64,000 bases of DNA, taken from Minisyncoccota bacterium (lineage in GTDB: Bacteria; Patescibacteriota; Minisyncoccia; Phycocordibacterales; CSBR16-119). The notes below the pieces were generated by a model. That model was not told where the DNA came from, ran no database searches, and saw nothing but the letters and a program-made list of their open reading frames with translations. The translations under genes and the position numbers were made by a program. This document shows, piece by piece, positions 33,384 to 42,480 of this stretch (position 1 is its first letter; each line of letters opens with the position of its first letter). Location of the stretch: positions 9,461 through 73,460 of the forward strand of contig JAWKSM010000001.1 in the NCBI GenBank assembly GCA_041389065.1, given 5' to 3'.

Positions 33384-36263
33384 TTACCAAGAGATTCTAA
33401 TTCGTCCGTTTTGTGCTGTTCCTTGGTAAATGTTTTGTGTTGGGTCTGAACAAGTTCTTGGTGCTCCGTTTCCAAATCCAAGAGTTGTTGTTATTGATTC
33501 GCTAGCCAAGTTACATGGACCTGTTGCGCTACCGCTGACAGCAGCAGCACCTTCCTGACCTCGGTTGTAAGTTGAACTGTTTGCAGTAGTATATGTTCCT
33601 TCTGGATTGGCAACATTACCTGCTGTATACATCCATCCACCACCTTTTCCATATCTTAGAGGGATAGTCGTGTTAAATAGGTTTCCACCATAGCCACCCC
33701 ATCCTCCTTCTGCTAAGGCTGAACTTGATCCAGTCAATCTAGTAGTTCCTCCTCTTTCTCCAGGAACTGGAGATGATCCGCTAGTTCCGTTTGCACCCTT
33801 TGCCCCAACAGTGAATTGAAGAGTAGGATTTACAAGGTTTGTTCTAGATATATTTATCTTTTGATATTCTCCAGAACCACCCGCACCTGATTTGTTGTTT
33901 GAACCAGTATAAACTCCACCAGCACCTCCTCCTGCTCCCCAAAGTTCGATTGTGAAGTTTTCTACACCTGCTGGGATAACATTGTTAATTTGGAATGTAG
34001 AAAGTGAGTGTTGTCCAGGTGTATCGAATACAATTTCGCCAGCTTGACTTGTTGTTGGAAGTCCAGAGATTATTACATAACCACTTCCTCCACAACCACC
34101 GCGTCCACCTTTAAAGCTAAATGTGAAAGGTGACATGTTGTAGTATCCTCCGTAACCTCCTCCACCTCCTCCACCTCCATGTCTTGGAGAACCACAGTAT
34201 CCATTTTTACCAAGTCTGTCAGAATATGAATCTGTTCCTCCAGGAGTACCTCCACCTCCACGCGCACTTGTTTGAGATCCGTTTAAGTTAAGTCTAAGGT
34301 CTCCATTTGTGTCATATGACTCACCCCAGCCACCAATACCTCCGCAAGAAACACAAGATGGATTAGAGTTTGGTGTTGCACCTGATTGTCCGTTGAATCC
34401 CCAGTTATAAGCTCCGGTAGAGAGTGCAAGATTTGCATGAGTACCGATTGCAGGAAGACCGTTTATTAAACCTTGTCTAACTGATCCTCCAGGTCCACCA
34501 CCCAAACCTCCGTTAACTGTTGGACCAACTTGAGCTTCTGGTCCACTTGTTGGATCAAAGAATATTGCAGTGTTTCCTCCAGCCTGACCAAAATATGCAT
34601 TGTTATCAATATTAGTTCCTCCTCCAGAAGTCCATTCAGCACCACCTCCACCATTACCACCATAACCGATATTCCAAGTAAGAACATCTCCAGGAACAAC
34701 ATCTACGTCTTCTGTTGAACAATCTCCAGCTGCACCACCTCCACCACCTGAACCACCTGTTCCGATATTATTTGGAGATTGACCAAGATTAGGGTTTCCA
34801 GGAGCTCCGATTCCTCCACCCCCTCCACCTCCTCCAGCACCACAGTATTTGATAGTTACAGTACCGCTAAAGTTAAAGTTGTATTGAGATCCATTATCTT
34901 CTGAAGTAAACATTATTGTTCCATCACCTGCAGGACCACTTACTCCTATTGGAGTTGTTGTTCCCGGAACCGTTGGAGCATCTTCACCTGGAGTTCCAGA
35001 CGGTGGACACATCACAACTTTAAATGATCCTTCTATATAACAAAGATGTTTTACACTTCCGTTTACCCATTGACTGTAAGAAGCGCCATCAAGACCCTCT
35101 AGATACAAGTCACCACCTGTTCCGACATATGTATCTCCTTGAAGCATTGAAAGACCTTGATTTGAAAAAACACCAATACCTTCTGTTGGGTTTGCTAGTT
35201 CCAAAGAACCAATATTTAACCCTGGAGCAAACGGTATTAAGTTATAAGTAAGATTCTTGTTCCATTTAAATGTTCCATCTATGTCCATAGACATCGGGAT
35301 TCTTCCTGGACCAGCGTCTAAAAGAGATGGGTTTGAAATCGGCCCCTTAAACTTAACAGCAGATGAGTTGAAAGTTACATTTTGAGAAGGAGTAAACTGA
35401 CCAAAAACAGTATTACCAGAAGAAACTGTTAAATTATCTGTATTAGAATCACCTAGAACTATATTTGTAGAACTTATGTCTGTAAGATTAGAAATTATCT
35501 TTGTTATATCAGAACTAATTTGAGTAGCACCCAAATTATTTCTACCTATATAACTAGTTGTAGCATCTACTTGGAAAATATTATTTGTAACTATTGTTCT
35601 TGGTATTGCTGGAGAAGATATTGTATCATGTTTTATCCGGTCAGTCGCCTCCCACTGATTTGTCGCACCGTTGTACCACATTGTTTGACCAGCCGTTCCT
35701 GGTGGAAGACCTGGGCCACCTGGATTAACTGTTACGGGTCCTGTTACCCAACATTGACAATCAACATCCCATATAAGAGTATCTCCATCCTCTCCACCAT
35801 CAGGTATTCCTGGCCCCCAAGTTACATTTCCATCTGTATCTGCAGATTTCAAAACTGAACCAGCTTGTGGTTGCGCACTACCAGAAGTAGGTTTGAATCG
35901 TAGTCTACCGAAAATATTTAATTCTGAAGGAGAGTTTTGTAGTCCAACGTTTAACATATTTGTAAAATATGAAGGAACGTAAGACATGAAGAAGTTATTT
36001 TGACCATTTGCAGAGTCGTCGGCAATAAATGGCACGTTAACCGCAGCTCCACCTCTAACATTCAAACCTCCCCCAAGACCAATTCCACCTTGTTTAAATT
36101 GATCTTGAGCACCGATGTTTATCGGAGATGGTGTATTTGTTCCTATAGTCGGAGCCCCGGTTGGAGCAGTCCAGTTGTTTTCTGTTTGCGCAAATAGACT
36201 TGCTGGCACAGAGAATACTGCAACAAACATTAGTAATAAAAATTTTGATAAAAATGTACGCAT
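33384..36263 (-). CDS. Giant secreted glycine-rich protein (959 aa) with repeated GAGGGGG beta-modules
   Basis: Start set at the ATG at 36263 (signal peptide MRTFLSKFLLLMFVAVFSVPASLFAQ). Repeated blocks include TVTIKYCGAGGGGGGGGIGAPG, FTIELWGAGGGAGGVYTG..GAGGSGEY, GGRGGCGGSGYVIISG and GRIRISW. These resemble the bacterial glycine-rich domain family (Pfam Gly_rich, ALK-type GRD). This is recalled from memory and was not searched. Confidence 0.7.
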   Translation of the reverse strand: MRTFLSKFLLLMFVAVFSVPASLFAQTENNWTAPTGAPTIGTNTPSPINIGAQDQFKQGGIGLGGGLNVRGGAAVNVPFIADDSANGQNNFFMSYVPSYFTNMLNVGLQNSPSELNIFGRLRFKPTSGSAQPQAGSVLKSADTDGNVTWGPGIPDGGEDGDTLIWDVDCQCWVTGPVTVNPGGPGLPPGTAGQTMWYNGATNQWEATDRIKHDTISSPAIPRTIVTNNIFQVDATTSYIGRNNLGATQISSDITKIISNLTDISSTNIVLGDSNTDNLTVSSGNTVFGQFTPSQNVTFNSSAVKFKGPISNPSLLDAGPGRIPMSMDIDGTFKWNKNLTYNLIPFAPGLNIGSLELANPTEGIGVFSNQGLSMLQGDTYVGTGGDLYLEGLDGASYSQWVNGSVKHLCYIEGSFKVVMCPPSGTPGEDAPTVPGTTTPIGVSGPAGDGTIMFTSEDNGSQYNFNFSGTVTIKYCGAGGGGGGGGIGAPGNPNLGQSPNNIGTGGSGGGGGAAGDCSTEDVDVVPGDVLTWNIGYGGNGGGGAEWTSGGGTNIDNNAYFGQAGGNTAIFFDPTSGPEAQVGPTVNGGLGGGPGGSVRQGLINGLPAIGTHANLALSTGAYNWGFNGQSGATPNSNPSCVSCGGIGGWGESYDTNGDLRLNLNGSQTSARGGGGTPGGTDSYSDRLGKNGYCGSPRHGGGGGGGGYGGYYNMSPFTFSFKGGRGGCGGSGYVIISGLPTTSQAGEIVFDTPGQHSLSTFQINNVIPAGVENFTIELWGAGGGAGGVYTGSNNKSGAGGSGEYQKINISRTNLVNPTLQFTVGAKGANGTSGSSPVPGERGGTTRLTGSSSALAEGGWGGYGGNLFNTTIPLRYGKGGGWMYTAGNVANPEGTYTTANSSTYNRGQEGAAAVSGSATGPCNLASESITTTLGFGNGAPRTCSDPTQNIYQGTAQNGRIRISW

Positions 36264-36373
36264 GATATTAATAATAAATTTATAAATGCTTCTTATATAA
36301 TAACATTTTTGTATTTGTAAATTGACACTAAACATTTACATTGTGGAAAACTTTTAAAATTTTTTACAAAACA

Positions 36374-36401
36374 AAAACATCTCGCAGTGCGAGATGTTTT
36401 T
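36374..36401 (-). terminator. Intrinsic terminator after the 753-aa gene
   Basis: AAAAACATCTCGC-act-GCGAGATGTTTTT. Confidence 0.6.
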
Positions 36402-36405
36402 GTTT

Positions 36406-38667
36406 TTAGAATTCTTCGTAACCTGGAATATTTGAACCTGGTGCAGGCGGACATTCTGGAGAACCAATTGGACAATCATAGTCTTCGATGACAACGTTTA
36501 CACTATCACTTGCCGATACATTATCATCATTTACACAAGTTAGTGTAAATAGACTTGGGTGATAATAAAACGAAGACTGTGTCATATCAATAACTATTGA
36601 TCCTGAACTTGGTGCAAAACTGTTACCGTCCCAAACACCATTTGCGCCTTGATTATACATACTCGATGTTCCAACACAAGATGTTGCATTTTGAACAGAC
36701 CAACTAATAGTTACAGGTGCTCCAGCAACTGGAAGAAGTTCGTAGTCTGATCCATAATTGTTATCTGGATTAGTAATTACCAAATCAACTACTGGTATTG
36801 GCGCTGCTGGTGGTGCATTTCTTTGAACATTTATAGTATCTGATGCTGGAGGAATTGTAGTTCCGTTGTTTGACTGACAAGTAATTGTAAATCTAATTGG
36901 CGTTACTCCTACTGGCAATGTTGAAACGATCGATGATAGATCAAATCCCGATATAGAGAAGTTTGGATTTGGTCGCGAACCTGTCCATCCAGAAAGACTT
37001 TGGATAACATTATTTACCCTAAATGTTCCCACGCATGAGTTTGGTGCAATTATCGAAGTATTTCCTGAAGTCCAACTTATAGTTCCAGTATCGTAATCCC
37101 CACTTCCGTAAACTATAATATCTTCTTCAACGTCTAGATTAAGTGTTGTTGTCGGAGTTGATGTATTTCTGAAGACAACATTATTTCCATCACCAAAATT
37201 ATTTCCGTCTATATCTGTACAAAGTATTTTGAAGCTAAATGTATCTCCTGCGCCGACTGTTGGTAGCGTCGCAAATTCATGAACATTGTGAACTCCAGAG
37301 TGAGGACCAGCATAGTATCCGTTTGATGCAGTTGGAACAGCTAGGGTTCCGTTGGTCCATCCATTTAGAGATCTTGGAACATCATTGTCGTCATAGAATT
37401 CTCCCGTACAAGCCGCGACTCGTGAAGGGTTTGTGAATGTCCATCGAGGGCTAACGTTGTAATCAACCACACTCTGACTTCCGACAGGCAGTGTATTGTT
37501 TGGCGTAAATCCTGTAACCAAAACAAGACTAACTGTTGGAGCACCAGTATCGTATGTACAGTCACCTGGGATTGTGGCTTGTGGATTATAGTTTGAAGCT
37601 GTGTCATCCATACAACCTTGAACAGCATCAACAACTGTTACTGTTGCAGTTCTTTGTGGAAGCGAAGTTCCATCTGAAGCCTGACAGTTTATTCTATATG
37701 TAGTTGTTTGGTTAATGTTGTTAATTGGGTGACTTCCGATTGGCAAGTTTCCGGCTACTGTGCTGATTGCACCCACGTTTGTGCTGTCTCCACCTGTTGA
37801 TCTCCAGTGAGTATAGTTGCTTGAGTTACTGTATGTATTACATGATACAACTCTTTTTTGTGGAGTATCTATTGCTTCCCAGCGAAGAATTGTACTTCCA
37901 CCTTGTGGAACAACGGTGTTTTGTGCCCAAAAATCAACTCTTGCAACACTTGGAAGTGTTACAGATGTATCACAAAATCGACATTCTGGATTTTTGAAAC
38001 TAATCCAACCAACAACTGGTCCACCCCAGGCCCAACCTGTAAGATCACCTGTTGTTAAGTCAAGTTTTACACCGTAAGACTCCCCACCGTTAAAGTTTAC
38101 ACAGCCATCCCATCCATCGCCAATAGTGTCATCGCCCGCAAGAAACTTTGCCCAACCAGCAACTTTTCTAAAGTTTCCATAAGATGTGTCTGCAATATCA
38201 AGATTTGTAACAGTTGCTACGTTGTTCCAGGCTGAAGGATAGTTTTGCCAACAACTGCTAACTGTCGCATCGTCAAAGACAAGAAAGCCCAGATTGTTGC
38301 TCCAAGCTTCTCCGGACATTTTTCCAAGCTGACTACCTGGCTCTAAATTTATTTTCACTCCCCAAGTTCTGTTTGTACAGTATTCTGGTTCGCAATTGAA
38401 TTTTAGCCATCCACCTCCACCCTGACTAGTGTTTGGATCACTAATACCTGTTCCCATCCATGCAAAACCGTAAACATCTGCCTCACCACGAAGCTCAAGC
38501 CCTCCAGGACCTGTTGGTCTTACTGGCGGATTTACGCTTCCTGGTCCAAGTGTCGCTTCTACAACATTTGCAACAAAGATAAATGACAAGCTAAGCGCAA
38601 TAACGGCAAAAACAGATACGAGTATCTGTTTGCTATATTTCTGAAAAATGTTTCTTAAAAGAGCCAT
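36406..38667 (-). CDS. Large secreted or membrane-anchored repeat protein (753 aa)
   Basis: N-terminal TM/signal segment (ILVSVFAVIALSLSFIFVANVVEA). Shows a recurring G.AW....GW(I/L).F motif (GFAWMG..GGWLKF, GEAWSNNLGFLVF, GWAWGGPVVGWISF), followed by Ig-like Thr/Ser/Asn-rich repeats and a Cys/Pro-rich C-terminus. Confidence 0.7.
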   Translation of the reverse strand: MALLRNIFQKYSKQILVSVFAVIALSLSFIFVANVVEATLGPGSVNPPVRPTGPGGLELRGEADVYGFAWMGTGISDPNTSQGGGGWLKFNCEPEYCTNRTWGVKINLEPGSQLGKMSGEAWSNNLGFLVFDDATVSSCWQNYPSAWNNVATVTNLDIADTSYGNFRKVAGWAKFLAGDDTIGDGWDGCVNFNGGESYGVKLDLTTGDLTGWAWGGPVVGWISFKNPECRFCDTSVTLPSVARVDFWAQNTVVPQGGSTILRWEAIDTPQKRVVSCNTYSNSSNYTHWRSTGGDSTNVGAISTVAGNLPIGSHPINNINQTTTYRINCQASDGTSLPQRTATVTVVDAVQGCMDDTASNYNPQATIPGDCTYDTGAPTVSLVLVTGFTPNNTLPVGSQSVVDYNVSPRWTFTNPSRVAACTGEFYDDNDVPRSLNGWTNGTLAVPTASNGYYAGPHSGVHNVHEFATLPTVGAGDTFSFKILCTDIDGNNFGDGNNVVFRNTSTPTTTLNLDVEEDIIVYGSGDYDTGTISWTSGNTSIIAPNSCVGTFRVNNVIQSLSGWTGSRPNPNFSISGFDLSSIVSTLPVGVTPIRFTITCQSNNGTTIPPASDTINVQRNAPPAAPIPVVDLVITNPDNNYGSDYELLPVAGAPVTISWSVQNATSCVGTSSMYNQGANGVWDGNSFAPSSGSIVIDMTQSSFYYHPSLFTLTCVNDDNVSASDSVNVVIEDYDCPIGSPECPPAPGSNIPGYEEF

Positions 38668-38674
38668 ATAAAAT

Positions 38675-38980
38675 CTATTTTCTTAAAGATTCTAGGATTG
38701 ATGTCTTTTGTTCTTCTGAAAGTGATGTGTTACTTTTACTGTCTTTTTCTATGTCTGCTTTGATTTTTGCTTTTTGATCGGCTGTAAGAGCTGGTTGTGA
38801 ACTTGATGATTTTCTAACTTCATCTAGGATTTTTGCTTTTTGTGAGTCACTAATATTGTTTTGATTGTTTCCAATGTTTATAACATCATTTTTTCTAAGC
38901 AAAAGTGCGATTGCAACAACGATAATAACTCCGGTAACAATAACTACTAATTTTTTGTTGTGAGATTTTTGATTGTCCAT
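38675..38980 (-). CDS. Small single-pass membrane protein (101 aa)
   Basis: TM segment LVVIVTGVIIVVAIALLL, followed by repeated (D/E)QK..I motifs. Confidence 0.6.
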   Translation of the reverse strand: MDNQKSHNKKLVVIVTGVIIVVAIALLLRKNDVINIGNNQNNISDSQKAKILDEVRKSSSSQPALTADQKAKIKADIEKDSKSNTSLSEEQKTSILESLRK

Positions 38981-39079
38981 ATATTTTATAGAGCTTTTAT
39001 TAAATGTTTAACTAATTTAATCATATCATCAGATTTGTTTAGTAGAAGAAAATTTTGCAGACTAATGTGGATATCGATT

Positions 39080-39397
39080 TTAATTATTGTTTTCTTCTGG
39101 AGCTTTTAACGCTTCGTATGCCATCTGATAAAGCTCAGCTTCTGTGTACTGCTTCATCTCACCTTCTGGAGCTTTGAGTTCCTCGTAGGCTTTTTGATAG
39201 AGCTCGGCTTCTGTATATTGTTTCATTTCACCTTCTGGGGCTTTCAGAGCTTCGTATGCTCTGGCATACATTTCTTTCATTACTTTTCTATTTTCAAAAT
39301 GTTTAACCAAAACTATTACAAGAACAATCGCTAAAATAAAAAGGAGAAAGATGAATGTCTTTTTTTCTTTTTGAGATAATTTTACTTGTGACTTCAT
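39080..39397 (-). CDS. Small single-pass membrane protein (105 aa) with 23-aa tandem repeats
   Basis: TM segment FIFLLFILAIVLVIVLV. The C-terminal part is 2.5 copies of AYE.LKAPEGEMKQYTEAELYQ. Confidence 0.6.
   Translation of the reverse strand: MKSQVKLSQKEKKTFIFLLFILAIVLVIVLVKHFENRKVMKEMYARAYEALKAPEGEMKQYTEAELYQKAYEELKAPEGEMKQYTEAELYQMAYEALKAPEENNN
39095..39265 (-). repeat. 69-bp in-frame tandem repeat, about 2.5 copies
   Basis: Units start at 39095, 39164 and 39233 (plus coordinates). The encoded peptide is nearly identical between units, while many third-codon positions differ. Confidence 0.8.
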
Positions 39398-39493
39398 AAT
39401 TATGTAGAATTTTTATTTCTAAAATATTTAACAAAATAATTATAACACTCTTATTTCTAAAAAAATTTATATAAAAGCACTATTGTGGATAAT

Positions 39494-39522
39494 TTGACCA
39501 AATCAAAAAAATAATTTATGAT
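39494..39522 (+). promoter_or_regulatory. Sigma70-like promoter, TTGACC-17-TATGAT, upstream of nusA
   Basis: TTGACCAAATCAAAAAAATAATTTATGAT, 77 nt upstream of the ATG at 39599. Confidence 0.4.
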
Positions 39523-39598
39523 AGTTTATGTAAATTGTCCTGCACCTGCCGGACTTTTTTTAATGAATTAAGGGGTATTACAATTAAATATAAACAAT

Positions 39599-40804
39599 AT
39601 GTTAGATTTAAAAGCTTTAAAGTCGGCATTACTACAACTAGAAGAAGAAAAGAAAATACCAAAGGAGAAAATCGTTGATGCGATTGAACAATCTTTGGCT
39701 GCCGCATATAAAAAAGACTATGGAAAGAAAGGTCAAATAGTTCGAGTAAAGCTCGATCTTGATTCTGGTGCAACAGAATTTTATCAAGTTAAAATCGTTG
39801 TGGACGAATCGACTGTTCGATTTCTTGAAGAAGATGAAAATATTGAAGACTTCTTGGAAGAAAACACAGAAAATCTCGAAGAAGATGTAAAACCAGTTTT
39901 CAATCCTGAAAAACACATTCTTTTAGCTGATGCGAAGAAAATTAAAACTGATGCAAAACTAGACGAAGAAATTATATTCCCTCTTGAAATGAAGGATGAT
40001 TTTGGTCGTGTTGCAGCGCAAACAGCAAAACAAGTTATTATCCAAAGAATCAGAGAAGCTGAGCGAGGAGCTGTAATGGAAGAATATGGTGATCAAGAAG
40101 GAGAAATTGTAAATGGAATCGTTCAAAAAGTAGAACGAGGTATTGTTTTTGTTGATTTCAATAAAGCGACAGGAATAATCCCACGAGAAGAACAAATTTT
40201 CGGAGAACGATTTGTTACAGGACAAAGAATTAAAGCATATCTAACAAAGGTTGAAGAAGGTCACAGAGGAATTAATCTTTTCCTTTCGAGAACACATCCT
40301 AAATTCATTGAAAGACTATTTGAAGTTGAAGCGCCAGAAATCGCAAACGGAATTGTGGAAATAAGAAGTATTGCGCGAGAAGCTGGAGCAAGATCAAAGA
40401 TTGCTGTTTTTTCACACGATAGCAACGTAGACCCGATTGGAGCATGTGTTGGACAAAGAGGTGTAAGAGTTACGACAGTAATGAACGAACTTGGAGGAGA
40501 AAAAATCGATATTATTCCTTGGAGTGAAAATCCTGAAGAATTTGTTGCATCTGCAATATCTCCTGCGAAAATACTTTCTATTAAGACAACTACGAAGAAA
40601 AACGAAGAAGGTGTTGAAGAAAAAGTTGCAGAGATTGAAGTTGCAAATGATCAGCTTTCATTGGCTATTGGAAAAGGTGGACAAAATGTACGACTTGCTG
40701 CAAAGCTAACTGGATGGAAAATTGATATTAAAGGAGGAGAGGCAGAAGAAGCCCCAGAAGTAGAAGGTGTTGAAGAAGAAAATGAATCAGGTGAAGAAGA
40801 ATAA
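39599..40804 (+). CDS. nusA: Transcription termination/antitermination factor NusA
   Basis: 401 aa with an S1 domain (GEIVNGIVQKVERGIVFVDF), two KH domains (DPIGACVGQRGVRV; LAIGKGGQNVRLAAKLTGWKIDI) and an acidic tail. Confidence 0.95.
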   Translation: MLDLKALKSALLQLEEEKKIPKEKIVDAIEQSLAAAYKKDYGKKGQIVRVKLDLDSGATEFYQVKIVVDESTVRFLEEDENIEDFLEENTENLEEDVKPVFNPEKHILLADAKKIKTDAKLDEEIIFPLEMKDDFGRVAAQTAKQVIIQRIREAERGAVMEEYGDQEGEIVNGIVQKVERGIVFVDFNKATGIIPREEQIFGERFVTGQRIKAYLTKVEEGHRGINLFLSRTHPKFIERLFEVEAPEIANGIVEIRSIAREAGARSKIAVFSHDSNVDPIGACVGQRGVRVTTVMNELGGEKIDIIPWSENPEEFVASAISPAKILSIKTTTKKNEEGVEEKVAEIEVANDQLSLAIGKGGQNVRLAAKLTGWKIDIKGGEAEEAPEVEGVEEENESGEEE

Positions 40805-40828
40805 TATTATTTTTAACTTAATTAATAT

Positions 40829-41368
40829 ATGAATCTTTGGCACGAAGTATCAAAAGGTGAAAATATTCCAGAAGCAATAAATGTAATTATCGAAATACCG
40901 AAAAATTCACCGAACAAATATGAGATTGATAAAGAAACTGGATTGATTAGCCTTGATCGAGCAAACTACAGCTCTGCACCCTACCCTTTTGATTATGGAT
41001 TTGTTCCGCAAACACTTTGGGAAGATGGTGATCCGCTTGATGTTGTTGTTTTAACGACTTTCCCACTGCATCCAGGAATACTTGTGAAATCAAGACCTGT
41101 GGCTGTTATGGAAATGATAGACGATGGCGAATCTGACTATAAAATTATTGCAGTTCCAGTAGATGATAAAAGATGGGACGATACACATGATTTGGGAGAT
41201 TTGAACAAACACATGGTAAAAGAATTTGTTCACTTCTTTGAAACATACAAAGAATTAAAGAAGGGGCAAAAAGATATTGTGAAAATCCCGAAAATCTCTG
41301 GAAAGAAAGAAGCAATGGAAGCTGTACTTAAATCAATCGAGATTTATAACGAAAAATTTGGGAAGTAA
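40829..41368 (+). CDS. ppa: Inorganic pyrophosphatase (family I)
   Basis: 179 aa; EIPKNSPNKYEIDKETG, YPFDYGFVPQT, DGDPLDVVVL. Confidence 0.95.
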   Translation: MNLWHEVSKGENIPEAINVIIEIPKNSPNKYEIDKETGLISLDRANYSSAPYPFDYGFVPQTLWEDGDPLDVVVLTTFPLHPGILVKSRPVAVMEMIDDGESDYKIIAVPVDDKRWDDTHDLGDLNKHMVKEFVHFFETYKELKKGQKDIVKIPKISGKKEAMEAVLKSIEIYNEKFGK

Positions 41369-41372
41369 TAAG

Positions 41373-41410
41373 AAAGGACGGCGCGCGAAGCGCGCCGTCC
41401 TTTCTCTTTA
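41373..41410 (+). terminator. Intrinsic terminator after ppa
   Basis: AAAGGACGGCGCGC-gaa-GCGCGCCGTCCTTT followed by CTCTTT. Confidence 0.6.
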
Positions 41411-41465
41411 CCAAAAAACAGAAAAATTATACAATTTGAATATTATCAGATTAAGACAAAAAACA

Positions 41466-42110
41466 ATGAAAAAATATAAATATTTAATAGTTATTGCTCT
41501 ATTTTTTGGATTATTCCCTTCACAAGGAAATGCTGAAATTGGAGTAAGAGCAGAATCAAAAGTAAAGGTAGAATCGTCATCAGAAAGTAAAATAGATTTA
41601 AGAAAATTAGATCTACAAAAAAGATTGTTTCAAGAAAACAACAAAGATGAAAGAGGAGAATTTATGAAAGCTAGAGAAGCATTTATGAACGCAAGTTCTG
41701 AAACTCGAAATATGTTAAGAAATGAATTTCGAGGAAAGTTTGTTGCAAGATTTGAATACGCACAAAAAAAACTAGCAGAATTTCAATCAAGAATGGATGT
41801 TAAATTAGAAGAAGAAGCAAAGGCTGGCGTAGATACAACTCTTGCAGAAGCAAAACTTGAAGAATCAATTTCTTTTATGGCAAAAATTGAAGCAGACGTG
41901 TCAAAACTTCAGTCAATATTAAATGAAAAATATTCTGAAGAAGAAAGAGCTGCAAAAAAAGAAGAAGTTAAAAAGTTGGTTGAAGATCTAAAAACAAATA
42001 TTAAAGCATCTCACAACGCACTAAAAGAATCTTTCAAAGAACTAAGAGCTGCGATAAAAGCAAAGATGGAAGTCGAAACATCTGTAGAAATTAATACTTC
42101 AGTAAACTAA
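41466..42110 (+). CDS. Secreted coiled-coil protein (214 aa)
   Basis: Start re-assigned to the ATG at 41466 (signal peptide MKKYKYLIVIALFFGLFPSQGNAE). The track's upstream extension overlaps the ppa terminator. Confidence 0.65.
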   Translation: MKKYKYLIVIALFFGLFPSQGNAEIGVRAESKVKVESSSESKIDLRKLDLQKRLFQENNKDERGEFMKAREAFMNASSETRNMLRNEFRGKFVARFEYAQKKLAEFQSRMDVKLEEEAKAGVDTTLAEAKLEESISFMAKIEADVSKLQSILNEKYSEEERAAKKEEVKKLVEDLKTNIKASHNALKESFKELRAAIKAKMEVETSVEINTSVN

Positions 42111-42117
42111 AAATAAA

Positions 42118-42381
42118 ATGGAACAAGAGAAAAAAGGCGGAAAATTTGGAGTTGTTTTGGTGATAATTATTATTTTGGGAATAGCTTTATACTATTTCAA
42201 AAATAAAGAAGAAGTTCCGACAAATAACACAGAACAAGAAGCAAGCCAAACCATGGAAGAAAACCAAAGTATGACTCAAGAAGAAAATACTTCTGTCGAA
42301 TCGAGCACAAGTCTTGAAACAGAAGTTGAAAATCTTGATACAAATTTTGAAGACATGAATTCAGAAGATCTAGATGTGTAA
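42118..42381 (+). CDS. Small membrane-anchored acidic protein (87 aa)
   Basis: TM segment FGVVLVIIIILGIALYYF followed by an E/T/N-rich tail. Confidence 0.55.
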   Translation: MEQEKKGGKFGVVLVIIIILGIALYYFKNKEEVPTNNTEQEASQTMEENQSMTQEENTSVESSTSLETEVENLDTNFEDMNSEDLDV

Positions 42382-42385
42382 AAAG

Positions 42386-42420
42386 AAAAATCGCCGACAC
42401 AGTCGGCGATTTTTCTTTTT
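42386..42420 (+). terminator. Intrinsic terminator
   Basis: AAAAATCGCCGAC-ac-AGTCGGCGATTTTT followed by CTTTTT. Confidence 0.6.
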
Positions 42421-42480
42421 ATTGGACAAAAAACTACATATAAGTAATATACAGATATATTCACTTAATTTAAAAGTCAG

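Noticed and set aside
34073-35858. Alternative-frame ORFs inside the glycine-rich gene (34073..34267, 34466..34702, 35024..35251, 35520..35858) and inside the 753-aa gene (37239..38077).
   Set aside because: They are nested in longer ORFs with signal peptides and coherent repeat structure. Their translations are compositional artefacts of GGN/CCN-rich sequence.
39523-39598. Weak GTCC..GGAC hairpin plus T7 run in the nusA 5' UTR as an autoregulatory attenuator.
   Set aside because: The stem is only 4 bp. It is too weak to call from sequence alone.
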